Part shown: positions 28,005 to 44,580 of the stretch, one piece after another | Numbering within the stretch: position 1 is the stretch's first letter | Layout: every line of letters begins with the position of its first letter | DNA from: the human T2T-CHM13v2.0 reference genome, Homo sapiens | DNA length: 64,000 nucleotides | Strand: one strand, 5' to 3' | Assembly (NCBI RefSeq): GCF_009914755.1 | Contig: NC_060937.1 | Notes under the pieces: generated by a model | What the model was told of the DNA's origin: nothing | What the model saw: the letters and a program-made list of their open reading frames with translations, nothing else | The model's database searches: none | Translations under genes and position numbers: made by a program

Positions 28005-30092
28005 TTTCCACTGCTGTCATGTACCTTTTCGTACCAGCACTTCCACACTGCTACTGTGCTTTAACAGTTGTCTTTCAGAAATCTAAAAAATCAGGATAAG
28101 CAATCAACATACCCACACCTTATACATACTAACAACTAACAGTAATAAATCAAAACTGAAATGGCTCCCCACAATCACTAAGCCACTTATTGCAGCAGAA
28201 AAAGACACTTTTGCTCTGGCATGTAGCTTTTGCTTATTTCTATAGAGAAGTCCACAAACTGAAAATGTGTAAGCAAAGAAAAGCATTTTACTGGCTCAAT
28301 CATGTCTTTGATTCTCTGTCATCTTTCCTGCTCCTCTTCCTCTCCCCTGTGTACTTATATACTCTTCTGCATCAAGGTGATTCTTGAGAATACATTTTCT
28401 GATACCTGATCCAGAGGGAGCACCTGTAGATATCAAAGATTCTTATAATCTTTGATTACAAAGCCCAGGTATCTTACAATTTTTTCAGTAACAGACAAGA
28501 CTGAAGATCTAAATCAATGATTCCATTTTTAATTAGTAAATTGGGGTGGTCAAGTTCTCACGGTCTACAAGCAAAACAGAACTAAAACTAGAATTCTTGT
28601 TTCCTAAATCAGGACTCTCTCTAAAACTGTAATATACAGCTGGGCCTCTAAAATCCACCAAAGTCCTTTCTGCTATAACAGTTTATAACACAGATTAAGT
28701 AAACGCATATGTAAAAAATTTTTAAAATCTCCATCTCTAGGTTCAGCTTCTGAGCTCCAAATCCAGTCACTAAACTATAAGACAAGTCTACATCAGTGCC
28801 CCTTGAAGTCAGTGTGTAAAAAACATGTCCAAAACTAAATGCATCATCTAATTCCTCAAATACGGTCTTAGATGGAAAAAAAATATGGGCACTCGGATTA
28901 GAAAAAAGGCTTCTGTTCTAACCTAACAAATTGAAAGGTCCTCAGTAAATTTAAAACTTGTTTAAATTTACCCATCCTTAATTATCTATTATAGTCAGGA
29001 AGCACTCTGCTGTATTAATAGTTCTCAAACATGTTTTTTTCAAAGTGTCAGTCTTTATAAAGTAACAAGGAAAAACATAAGTGAAACTACTTCTTCATCA
29101 CACAGACATAAGCGGTCAACTTATTTGCACAGTTTTCAGAGGGCATCCAGGCAGACATCTACCAGATAATAAAAAATCTTAGGCTGGCTCAGATGTCTCT
29201 TAATTGGGTGAGGACCATATTCTTATTCTCCAAGGAGACATGCCACAGGAATACTTAGCAACAAGGTTCCTAACCTGTCATCCCCAAAATAAGCTTTGGA
29301 GTTAAAGTAAAATAGTAACACAAAGCAGTTCAGAGAACAGGCTCTGGAGTCAGACCGATTGGGTGCCAATCTTCTGCAGTGTGACAGAAGACTGGACAAG
29401 TTACTTGCTTGGTGTCTCAGTCCCCTCTTTCCATAAAATAGGTGTCAGTCTCAAGTCTCTTCCTTCTGTAAAACGGGTAAAGTAATACCAAAACCTAGAG
29501 CTGTTGTGTAGATGCAAAAATGCATGTGCAGAATACTTGGCACATAACATGCACTGAATTAACATTAGCTTCTTTAGCGCTGTAAGTATATGCAAGAAAT
29601 ATGTAACAGGTGCATGTTAGGTAACTAATAATTCCTTAAGGGTCATTTCTGTACTCCCTGGAAGTCTCTATTACCATAGCTATTTGCTAGACTCCAGAAA
29701 AAGAACATTATAGCCCACTGTCAACAAAACTGTAATTCTATTCCAGTGCTTCAAGGTTTGGCGTCTTTTTAACAAATCCTGCTGCTTCAAGGCGAGGACT
29801 TCACTCTGTCTGGCAAGCTTCCCTAACACAGAGTCCCATTATGCCTCATTCCAAACAAAATGACTTCACTGATGGTAAACACAAAACCCTCAGCCACACT
29901 ACTAGCTACTACAACCACTTCAAATGGCTACTTGTTTAATATATTATAGAAGATTTCAGGTACTAAAAAAAATATGATAGTCAAAATTGATCACTGATTG
30001 AATGTAAATTTAAGATTCCTTCAGAAAGGTTTTTAGACACAAGGATATTAAACCCACGAATTCATAAATATATTTTTAGAAAATCATTGCTC

Positions 30093-30393
<301 letters not shown>

Positions 30394-30458
30394 GAAAATC
30401 ACTGCTCTCCTTTTAAGTTACTATGGTACCAACTGTTTATGGTGAAAATTAATAAATA

Positions 30459-30767
30459 GTCCGGTGCCGTGGCTCACGCCTGTATCCCAGCACTTTGGGA
30501 GGCCGAGGCGGGTAGATTACCTGAGGTCAGGAGTTCGAGACCAGCCTGACCAACATGGTGAAACCCCGTCCCTACCAAAAACACAGAAAAAAAATTAGCT
30601 GGGCATGGTGGTGAGTGCCTGTAATCCCAGCTACTTGGGAGACTGAGGCAGGAGAATTGCTTGAACCCAGGAGGCAGAAGCTGTGGTAAGCCGAGGCACG
30701 CCACTATACTCTAGCCTGGGCAACAGAGCAAGACTCTGTCTCAAAAAAAAAAAAAAAAAAAAAGAAA
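30459..30767 (+). mobile_element. Full-length Alu (AluS-like)
   Basis: Alu consensus; TSD gaaaattaataaa on both sides. Confidence 0.95.
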
Positions 30768-31960
30768 GAAAATTAATAAAGAGAATCAATCAAACAAAAA
30801 GGTTTTAGATCAGACAATTCTGGGATAAAGAAGGTGAAATATACCAGCTTAAAGCAATGACGTGGTTGAATGACTTCTCTAATGAAGTATGTAATTCAGA
30901 CTGTGTCTGTTTATGTACATATGGCATGTTTGTAGGTTGGCAGTATCTAAAAAACTGGAATGCTACAGTAACTCTAGACACCAAGTAACTGAACAGAAAG
31001 AACTTTCACAAGATGTGGTAACCTAATAAAAGGGCTCTTTTCAGTATATACAGATAGTCATGGTAAGAAATGCAATATTCGGAAAAACCATTGAAAAAAT
31101 ATAACAGAAATGAAAGAAAACAGAGTAAGAAAGTGAGAGAAAAGAAGTGAAGTTATACCAAGTAGAAATGAGAAGCAAGCAATAAACCCATAATCTGTAA
31201 TGACTGAATTCCTGTGTGATTGACCATAGTTTGGTCTTTTAAAAAATCTGTTTTCTATTATAACATGGTAGAAGGCTCTATATTAGCTCCCAGCAGAAAT
31301 GAAGTCAGTGGTATGAAGATAAACTGCACACAGTCTTCCAAAGTTTGCCCATTCTCAATCTAAAAGTGTGAAATCACAGGATATTAGAGCTGAAAAAGAT
31401 CTAAGGATTACCTAGGACAACATATTCACTGAAAAGAAAAAAGAATTTAGGCCTAGAGCATTCTGATGTGTCCAAGGACACACAGCCAGTTAGTGGCAAA
31501 GAAAGCAAGAAAAGCCCAGATTTCCTACTGGTACCTTTATATCTATATTAATAGAACTTCATTAATATTTTTTCCTTAGCAGAATATCTGGAAAAATAAG
31601 AAATCCCCTAGACAAATACCTAGCAAAAGTACCTTACCATACCCCAGTACAACTGTCAATTAAAATGCTTTTATATATTATGCAATCTCTTGATATTTGG
31701 GATAAATCATTTTCAACCATATTTTTAACTGAAACAACTGGTGCAGAGGGTTTGTAGATTTCCCTATTTACTACTTTAAGTCTTAGAGTTTTACTATTAT
31801 TATCTCCCGAGTTTACTATATCATATCATCTTGCCTTACATTTTCACTCAGCCTAAAAAGTAAAAAGGAAACATGTATAAGCCTTTTTAGAAGGCTACCA
31901 CAATTTAGTAACTCATTAAAATACTTCAAAATAGATTTGTACTGATATTTTTCTCTCTAG

Positions 31961-32255
<295 letters not shown>

Positions 32256-33735
32256 CTTTCTAGCTATTTTAAATACAGTATTATTGCTAGAATTTACATT
32301 AAAATATGTGAATATGGAAAAAACAATAAAGAAACATCCCAAAATGTAGGTATAGTTAAGAAACCAGATTTGAACTTTCCCAAAAAAGAATAGTCATACT
32401 TTCTCAGCTCCTGCTTTCTCTAAACCAGGTACTCTACACACAAAGTTGAAGGGAAAAAACACAAGTTAATGTCACAAGGCAAACAAATCATTTCATTGCA
32501 CTCAGTGTTCTCATAATTGAAAAAGAAAATGTTTCTATACCCCAACTGTTCATTTAAATTTTTTCAAATATTCAACGAATTTAAGAAAGTTGAGAGAAAG
32601 TTTAAAACTATGTTTTTGCAATCTAAACAGGTACCATGTATTTACTATGAATATATTTTAGGTAGGTATGCAAGATAGCTACTTAAAATTAAGCATTCTT
32701 TTATTTTTTAATTAATTTTTTTATTGTTGAATTCTTTATTAATTCAAAACATTTTAAGTCAGTGTAATGCACATGCATTTTACACTAACATCCATAGATT
32801 TCCACAATATAGTAAAATGAAAACAGCTCTATCTTGATTTACTTTGAAAACTCAAAGAAAGCTACCTAGTTTGAGACTTCTGAATTTTTTTACATTATTG
32901 TCGTGCTCAAATTCTACTACATGGTGAAAATTCTAGCATTTTCCAGAAATATATTATTGTACATAGGTAAAATGATAAAACTGATTCTAGGAAGGGGGAA
33001 TTTAAAAAACCAGAAAAGCTTAAATTGGAGGAAACATAATCTGGATTAACTATTCAATTTATTGAGTATCCACTGTTATTCTGGCATTGCAAAATAACCA
33101 AGTGTGGTGTCTCTTAAGTTGTATTCATGCATTTAAAACTTCTTTATTGTCCACTAATAAACATTGGTGGAGTACAATATATATGGTTATAGATTAAGTA
33201 TGATGAACATGGTAGTAAAAATTTATACACATTCGATACATAATTTTACAAAACCAAACACATTATTTAGCAAACATTCAAAAATCATACACAAGAAACA
33301 TATTTATGACAAATTGGTTAAAGCTGGTAGGAAATACATCAGGTCTTTTACATTATTTCAATATTCAGTGTTCATTGACTAGTGGAGGGCAATATAGAAA
33401 TGCACTAAGCAAAACTACCAGTTTAAGTTACCTCTTATGACAATGAATAAGACTAAGATATTTAATATTGAAAGTATATGGAGGATTATTGTAATTATTT
33501 ACCCAGATAGTTCAAGGGAAAAATTCACTTTCGCCTCTATTAGGTGAATATTCAGGATAAGACTTTTGGACTTTTATTTTTCTACTTTACTGTATTTTCT
33601 TTATAGCATGTATTAGTAATCACTTAATGGAACCTAATATCAGGGTTGAAGAATCTGCTCAGAATTTGTTTAGCTCAGTGTAAATGTCCAGAAATTTTAC
33701 CTTCAATATAATCTCTTTAAAAATATATTACTTTG

Positions 33736-34562
<827 letters not shown>

Positions 34563-35962
34563 TTCATGGACACATTACTATTTTAAATTTTACTTTTATT
34601 GTAAACATTTTTATTTTTTCTTAGAGTCAGGGTCTCACTTTGTTGCAAAGACAGATCTGGAACTCCTGGGCTCAAGTGATTCTCTCGCCTTAGTCTCCCA
34701 AAGTGCTGGGGTTACAGGTGTGAGCCACCATGCCTGGCCCGTTACCACCTTTTATTAAGTTTTTATTTTCATTGTAAAATTGTTAAAGAAAATCATACTA
34801 CCTTAATATTGAAAAGTGTTTTCTAATTGTCAATCTCTTATATCTTAGTCTTAGGCCTATAACTCATTTATATATTTAGCAAATAACTTGATATTATTTC
34901 TGTCCTTGGGAATGTTGTTTTATTTCCTTTGGAAATAAAATTTTCAAATGACTTCTCTTATTTAAACTTTAATTTTAACCTACAATTGTATATCTATCTA
35001 TCTATGTATGTCATTGAAAGAAACATTTCTATAGATTTGAGGTGATGGTGAACTGCAAGTAGTGATTTGGGATCACATTATTGAGCAAAGCAATAACATT
35101 GATATAGTGTTCCATCTTAAAATATGATTGTATGTTCTGATGAATAGCTAAATCAGATGTTTATTGTATGTTTTGGAAAAAAATAGGGGAAAGTGCATTA
35201 AAATGACATTTAATACAAGCATAAAATAACAATTATTGTGTTGAAGAACTCTGATAAAATAATGTCACATTTTATTCTTTCCACGTTTATTTAATGCTCA
35301 TAGCCATCCTGATAATTATTTTATTTGTCATTTGCAGATGAGAAAATGAACTCAGAGAAGATAAACGATTTGCCCAAAGTCGCATGAGACAGAAATGTAA
35401 CTTGAAATCAAATTTGTAATTTTAAGTTCCTGATGTTTTTACACTACGCTCCCTAAGTGCATCTGTGAACACACATTTCCATTAGTAAGCATTGTATGTG
35501 GCATTCTTTTAATACAGCAATAAGAGCTAGATCTTTAGAAAGGAAATGTATCCAAGCTTAGGATAGAAACACAATCTGTTTATTATTCTAAAATGTTTAT
35601 TTCTAACTGTTTAAAAGCTGTTATGCAGTGATAGCAGTTAGGTATAAGTCAACAGTTTTAAAATTCTAAAATTTCTGAAATGAGATTTAATATGAGAAAT
35701 AATGAAGGAAGAATGAATTTCACATTGCACATATGACATATTTAAAAATATTACATTTGGTTATTGTCATCAATGCTTGATAGTGTTCCTTTATCCCTAC
35801 TCATCTTAGAGCTTTTATCATAGGAATAAAATCAATTCCCAAACTGGGACCTTCTATCAGTTAGGGCAACATTTTCCTTTTGTAGTGTTTTCATTAGAGT
35901 CAAAGTCTTGAACATCCCCTGGAATTCATCTGAAAAGATGTTACTTGGGGCTGGAGAGAACT

Positions 35963-36641
35963 ATACATGTGAGGATTAGGAGCCAACAAATTTCTGTTGA
36001 TCACCTCTCTAACTCAAGAATTCTCTAGCTCGAGAATCAAGACTGACCTCTTTTGGTGATAGTACAGAAATGTAATCTTCATATATCATTCTAGCCTTTT
36101 CTCTTTTCTTTGATTACTTTTTTGTTCTGTTCTTTCTTTAAGTCTTCACAGGCAATCCAGAAAAGTAGGTTCTCTTTGTTGTATTCTGTTCAGAGGAACT
36201 CTCTGAAAAGGTTTCTTCCTGCTGGGGCCTTCATCATCTTGTCAAAATTTTGAGACCAGGGCAAGACTTCCTCTGCAGTGGGGTTTTGGCATTCCTCTAG
36301 GACCTGGATACTCTCCATTTTTGTAGTGTGTGTGGTTCTTCCTGCATTTTCCCCTTTCTTCATTCCTAACAGTGAGGCAGGAGCAGCTGCAACAACAGCA
36401 CCAACAAAAGCAACAGATGTTGTTGGGCCTCTGGTTTCCAGGCGCTTGAGACACAGCAGGTGTTCCTTCATTTTGGGACTGCTGCCTTTTTCACATTTCA
36501 GCTACAAGACCCAATTAGCCAGTTGCCTGCAGGTGTGGGCAGTGCACCGATGGGTCTGGGGGGAGCGGGGCTGGGCGGCTCTGTCCTCTAGCGGAGCCCG
36601 TTTGCTACTATCCGCCCAACTTAAGCACCCAGCGGGCGAGG
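35963..36641 (-). pseudogene. RGS17P1: Processed pseudogene of RGS17 (regulator of G-protein signalling 17): 5' UTR plus disabled, C-terminally truncated CDS
   Basis: Intronless match to RGS17: M*KRQQSQNEG...SQAPGNQRPNNICCFCWCCCCSCSCLTVRNEE / GENAGRTTHTTKMESIQVLEECQNPTAEEVLPWSQNFDKMMKAPAGRNLFREFL*TEYNKENLLFWIACEDLKKEQNKKVI...EKARMIYEDYISVLSPKEVSLDSR...PNPHMY. ATG at 36494-36496 is followed directly by TGA, frameshift near 36352, second TGA at 36190-36192. GC-rich 5' UTR remnant to about 36641. Confidence 0.93.
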
Positions 36642-36647
36642 AACTAG

Positions 36648-36948
36648 TTTTTATTTATTTTTTAGAGACAGGGTCTCGTTATTGTCCAGGCTGGAGGGCA
36701 GTGGCATGATCCTTGCTCACTATGGCCTCAAACTCCTGGCCTCAAGTGATCCTCCCGCTTCAGCCTCCTGAGTAGCTGGGGCTATAGGTGTGTACTACCA
36801 CACCTGACTAATTTTTTATAATTTCTTTTGTAGAGAAGGGGTCTCATCATCTTGTTGAGGCTGATCTCAAACTTCTGAGCTCAAGCAATCCTCCCGTCTA
36901 GGCCTCCCAAAGTGCTGGGATTATAGGCATGAAACACTGCACCTGGCC
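36648..36948 (-). mobile_element. Alu (AluJ-like) next to the 5' end of the RGS17 retrocopy
   Basis: Antisense dimeric Alu. Confidence 0.9.
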
Positions 36949-37511
36949 GGGTTCTTTAATTTAAATTAGGCATTTTTTAATTGAGGGGGAGTAAGCAGAG
37001 GGAAGTGCCCAGGACGTTATCAAAAGTATAGTTTTATTTTTATGTAAATAAAGCACAAATCGATTTTTTTTTTGTATAGGATGTCTCAATCAAACTTCTG
37101 GTGACTTAAGCAAACCTGAAACAGGTTTTGGCAACTTGATCAAGGTCACCTTAGCTTCAACCATGCTAATAATGAAAAAAAAAAATCAATATGATCAAAC
37201 TAAACAGACTGACTTTTCTATGTGTTTGCCTTTTTGCTGACAACCAGGTGAAAAGTTCCAGGACTCTGAAGGCAGGGCCACAATTACTCACTACCCAAAC
37301 CTGAAATTCCAGTTCTTTCACATAGTTCTTCACTTCCCATCATTGGCCACTTGGACTAACCTGGTATCAGAATACACTGATACCAGGGTAGCATTTATAG
37401 CACCCTGCAGAACAGCCAAACAGACTGAATACCTAGACCTGTCCATACCTGTGGTCTCAAGTTTAACTCTTTTTTTGAGCATGTTCTGAAAACAAAGAGA
37501 ATTCAAAATCA

Positions 37512-37823
<312 letters not shown>

Positions 37824-38629
37824 CAAGCGAAATATCTAACAGTTATGAGATACTGTTTTAATTCTGTTCATTAAAAAGAAAACATAAACATGCTAAAACG
37901 TCTTTATCAGCAAAACCTGTTCAGGCAGTTAAAAAAATTTCTCTCTCCAACAAACAAGATTTAACTTGCAAGTAAACTGTTTCATTTCTGTGACCCTTTA
38001 TTCTCCCAGTTAATACTTCCATTTTCTTAGAAAAGACATGCCCTAGTGCAATGGTTCCCCCATCTGAGAATACAGCAGATTCCCATTAGTAACTGTTTCA
38101 TGCTGGCACTGATTGGGGGTGAAAAGCCAGGGATATGTTGTTTCAAAGTTCCCCAGGAGATTTTGCTACATGACACGCCTCCCCCACCTCCAATTCCCAC
38201 ACAGCATAACTCTCTTCTGGTAGAAACTGTATTCTGTTATAAGAAGTTTCACTCTTACACGGAGGCACACCAACAACTGAAAGCAAGATTTAAAGGTCAT
38301 CTAAATCACTTCATGCTCATTATTAGGTGAAATGCTCTTTCATATATTTATTTGATCGGCCCTTACTACCTCTATTCTAGCCCCACTCCAGTGGCTCTTA
38401 AGCCTGGAGTAGGAGTCATTTACCAAAAGTGAAAATATGATCAACTTACTTCTCTGACAATTAATGGCTTCCATCACCTACAGGCAAAACTCCAAATGTA
38501 TTAACAAGGCTAAAATAGCTCCTCATGATGTGGAAGGTGTGAGGAAATGGTAGTCAGATTTGTAAGACAGGATGTCTGAATACCTAGACTGGAGAAGTGA
38601 ACGGAAATATTCTATGGATTGAGCTTAAA

Positions 38630-39945
38630 AATACACCTATAACCTATAGTAATCAAGACAGTGAGGTACTGGTGAAAGAACAAAATAGATCAATGGAACA
38701 GAATAGAGAGCACGGTTAATGGCACCACATAAATATAGTCAACCATCTTTGTCAAGGACAAAGGCAATACAATAAAGAAAAGAGTTTTTTCAACCAACAG
38801 TGGTAGAAAAACTGGATATCCACATTAAAAAAAAAAAAAGAATCTAGACACAGACCTTATACCCTTCCCAGATATTAACTCAAAATGGATCGCAAACCTA
38901 AATGGAAAATAGGAAACAATAAAACTCCTAGAACATAGCATAGGAGAAAAATCTAGATGCATGTGGGTTTGGTGATGACTTTTTATAGATACCAAATGCA
39001 GGATTTATCAAAGGAAGAATTGATAAGCTGGACTTCATTAAAATTAAAAATTTTGCTCTGTGAAAGACAATGTCAAGAGAATGAAAAGACAAACCACAGA
39101 TTAAAGGACTGTTATCTAAAATATGCAAGGACCTCTCAAAACTCAGAGAAAATAGCCTGATTTTAAAATGGGCCAAAGACCTTAACAGACACCTCAGCAA
39201 AGAAGATATACAGATTAGCATATGAAAAGAAGCCCCACACCATATGTCACTGGGGAAATGCAAACTAAAATGACAATGAGGTGCCACTACAAACCTATTA
39301 GAATGGCCAAAATCCAGAACACTGACAACACCAAAAGCAGGCAAGGATGTGGAACAATAGGAATTCTCATTCACTGCTGGTAGGAATGCAAAATGGTACA
39401 CTTTGGAAGACAGTTTGGCAGTTTCTTACAAAACTAAACATACTCTTACACCATAGAGCTGTGCTCCTTGGTATTTACCCAAAGGAAGTAAAAACTTATG
39501 TCCACACAAAACCTGCACATGGATGTTTACAGCAGCTTTATTCATAATTGCCAAAACTTGTAAGCAACGAAGATGTCCTTCAGTAGGTGAATAAACTGTA
39601 GTGCATCCACATAATGAAATATTATTCAGCACTAAAGAGAAATAAGCTATCAAGCCACAAAAAGACATGTGGAAACTTAAATGCTTATTACTAAGTGACA
39701 TTTGCCCAAACCCATAAAATGTACACCACCATAAGTGAACCCTAATGTAAACTATGAACTTCAAGTGACAAAGTGTCAGTGTAGGTTCATCAACTGTAAC
39801 AAGTGCACCGCTCTGGTGCAGGTGATTAGCGAGAGGCTGATAACGGGGAGGCTATGCATGTGCAGGGGCAGGAGGTATATGGGAAATCTGTACTTTCCTC
39901 TCAATTTTACTGTGAATCTAAAATGGCTCTAAAAAATAAAGTCTT
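38630..39945 (+). mobile_element. L1M (L1MB/MC-like) ORF2 C-terminus and 3' UTR fragment
   Basis: aatagatcaatggaacagaatagagag, aaactcctagaa, aaaatgggccaaagaccttaacagacacctca, gcagctttattcataattgccaaaa. Confidence 0.9.
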
Positions 39946-40372
39946 TTTTTTTTTTAAACTATAGCTCCAACACAATCTTAATACTCTTCACTATCATCTC
40001 AAAAACAACAATCCAGCAGTTCTGCATTTTATAGTTCCCCAACTTCCCCATCCCACTATTGAAGAAGCCGAAGTCAGCCCTGCCTTAATCTCACCAAGAA
40101 CCCAATATATACTACCTCTTTCCAGGCCTTCTGTCTGTACTCACTGCCACCGAATCCAGACCTTTCCAACTACTCTCTGACAATCACAACCTTTTGTTCC
40201 TGTGACATTTTAGGATCCTCTTTCAAGTCACAGTGCAACCAGGTTTAAGGACATAATCTCCAGGGAAATAAACATTTCCATCTTTTCCCAAGTTACCAAC
40301 ACATTTGAAAGACTTTATGATTCCTTGTGCACAAAACTTCCTGCTCCCTGTGTGAGTGAAAAAAAACCCTGA

Positions 40373-41325
<953 letters not shown>

Positions 41326-41394
41326 AAGCAGCAAAACCACAAGATGAGAAATGAAAATATGGAAGGCCATGGGCTTAGTACTGTAAGATATATA

Positions 41395-41721
41395 CAGTCA
41401 TTTGCCACATAACAACATTCTGGTGAACAATGAAGCAGATATACAACAGTAGTCCCCATGTTTTTACTGCACCTTTTCTATGTTTGTTTAAACACACAAA
41501 TACTTGCCATTGTGTTAAAATTACCTATACTATTCAGTACAGTAACATACTGTACAGGTTTGTGGCCTAGGAGAACAGGCTATACCATATAGCCTAGGTG
41601 TGTAGTAGGCTATACCATCTAGGTTTGTGTAGGTACATTCTGTGATTTTTTGCAAAAGGATGAAATCACCTAATGATCCATTTCTCAGAATGTATCCCAG
41701 TCATTAACTGATGTATGCCTG
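41395..41721. mobile_element. Tigger3-type TcMar DNA transposon (non-autonomous)
   Basis: TA-flanked termini ta|cagtcat... and ...atgcctg|ta; internal ataccatatagcctaggtgtgtagtaggctataccatctaggtttgtgta. Confidence 0.85.
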
Positions 41722-43399
41722 TATGTGGTATTTATAAATTATACATTAACTTTATATTTTACTATTGTACAAATCTTAGATAGAAGCAAACTTTAAATAC
41801 CATTAATAAGTAAAACATATACAGAACAATTAAAGATTTAGACTTTCATCTTTCATAATATAATTTCTCAATCAATTTTTAAATCAGTTGAATCCATTTC
41901 AGTTACTATTAACTAAAGTGCATCAAATATCCTGGCATTAGGTTTTCTCTAATAGGAAACTGTTTTATGGAGGCCAAGGCAGGCAGATCACTTGAGACCA
42001 GGAGTTCAAGACCAGCCTGGCCAACGTGATGAAATCCTATCTCTACTAAAAAATACAAAAATTAGCTGGGCATGGTGGTGCACACATGTAGTCACAGGTA
42101 CTCAGAAAGCTGAGGCACTTCAGCCCGGGCGACTGAGCAAGACTCCGTCTCAAAAACAAACAAAAAAAGAATAGTTTAGTTATGCTTATTTGATGCATCC
42201 AGAACTAATCAAAAGATCCCAAATATCTAATTTTAGAGGCACCTGTGCTATTATTGATGGAGTTCGTGGTAAAATGTTGTTAAGTATTTATTGAATTTCC
42301 CTTAGGCTCAGCACTGTGGAAAATATAAAGATAATGCATGGCCCTTGTTCCCATGAAACTTGTTTTTTGCAACAAGACCGAGAGAAGCAACTAAATGCAT
42401 AAATGCAGTATTTTAGAAGACGAGATGGTCAAACAGGTAAAGAAAACACTTCACAGATAATGTGGGAACTAAACTGAACCTCAGAAGGAAGGTAGGAGTT
42501 GGAGAGACTAAAGGGGAAAGGAAAAGATAGTAAAATATATTGTGTCTGTGCGTGTATGCGTACGTGAATGCCGACACAAAAGAATGCAGAGACTCAAAAA
42601 TGACCAAAGTTTAGAGATAGTTAACAGCCTGATAAGAGCTAAGAGTTCACAATGGGAAATAGAAAGTCAGGCAGTAGAATTGAGGCATGATTTGAGAAGA
42701 AGTAAAAAAAGTTGCTGGAGGTTATCAAACTGGGTTGCAACAATAGATGGTGGTCGATGACGATAAAGCCCAATGCAAGTCATGTAAGTGGGATGTGGCA
42801 ACCACCATCCAAAAACGATGAGGACAGTTTAAACAGACATTCCACAGCTTGACTGCTACATTGAAAACTTCGCATCACCAATGTGTATACTGCCCTCCTT
42901 AAATTCTTCATTAATTACTTAAAATAGAGATTCTCAACAGTGCTTTTTATTCTGCTCAGGGTGTGGCAAAACTCTTTAAATCACCTAATTTACTCCATGT
43001 TTTTGTTCTTCACCTAAGAATTGGAAGAGGGGAGAAATAGGAAAATAAGATTTTCGAAAACGTATGACTAATTACCACATAATCCTTCTTATTATTCAAC
43101 TGAACATCAAAACTGCCCATCATTCACTTGAACACCAGTGTAACTTTGAAATATATGAACTGTTGCATCTTTGGATGACTATATCTTCTCAGTATTAAAT
43201 ATTTTGAATAGATGATGCTGACTTAGTTATCCAATGAAGAAATATGTGATATAAATAACAGAACCACCTTTCTTCGTCACTGAAATACAGACTGCTATCA
43301 CCAGCATTCACAAAATCTTCATTTTCTTACAAGGTGACATTCAGAAGATGCTTTTGTAAAAATAATTAGTTGACCAAATGAGGCTGCATTGAACCTGGC

Positions 43400-43675
43400 T
43401 TTTTTTTTTTTTTTTTTTTTTTGAGACAGAGTCTCACTCTGTTTGGCAGGCTAAAGCACAGTGTCATTATCTCCAGCAATTCTCCCGCTGCCTCAGCCTC
43501 TGGAGTAGCTGGAACTACAGGCACGCCACCACACCGGGCTAATTTTTGTATTTTTAGCAGAGACGGGGTTTCGCCACATTGGCCAGGCTGGTCTTGAACT
43601 CCTGACCTTAATTGATCCGCTTGCCTCGGCCTCCCAAATTGCTGGGATTACAGGCGTGAGCCACCACACTGGGCC
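43400..43675 (-). mobile_element. Alu with internal deletion
   Basis: Antisense Alu; TSD gaacctgg. Confidence 0.9.
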
Positions 43676-44049
43676 GAACCTGGGTCTTTATCAGAGGTGT
43701 TTTCTGCTTTATCGCTTTGTTGTACTCTTGGAAAGTTCAAGAATTCAAAGTTGTCTCAGTAGATGTAATAGGCACTTACTAGATTTAAAAAAATACTTTA
43801 CTATAAAGACACATCCAGGAATTGTACAATATCACAATAAAGTTTATTTATATTATTATTTACTAGCAATACCTAATGTCTAATAAGTTCTTTATGGTTT
43901 ACAAAGTAAAACATGTACAGTATACTGCTTTTTATTTAATCCTTAAACATCTCTAATAACTACTGATATCTCTGCATAGATACAAAAATCTGACACGTCC
44001 TCAAGGAGATTAGGAAAGAGATGATAAAAATAAATCATAAAATAAATAA

Positions 44050-44580
<531 letters not shown>

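Noticed and set aside
36278-36709. 143-aa plus-strand ORF with a hydrophobic N-terminus
   Set aside because: Antisense shadow of the RGS17 pseudogene running into an Alu.
38928-39764. ORFs of 66-157 aa on both strands
   Set aside because: Frames within a decayed L1M element.
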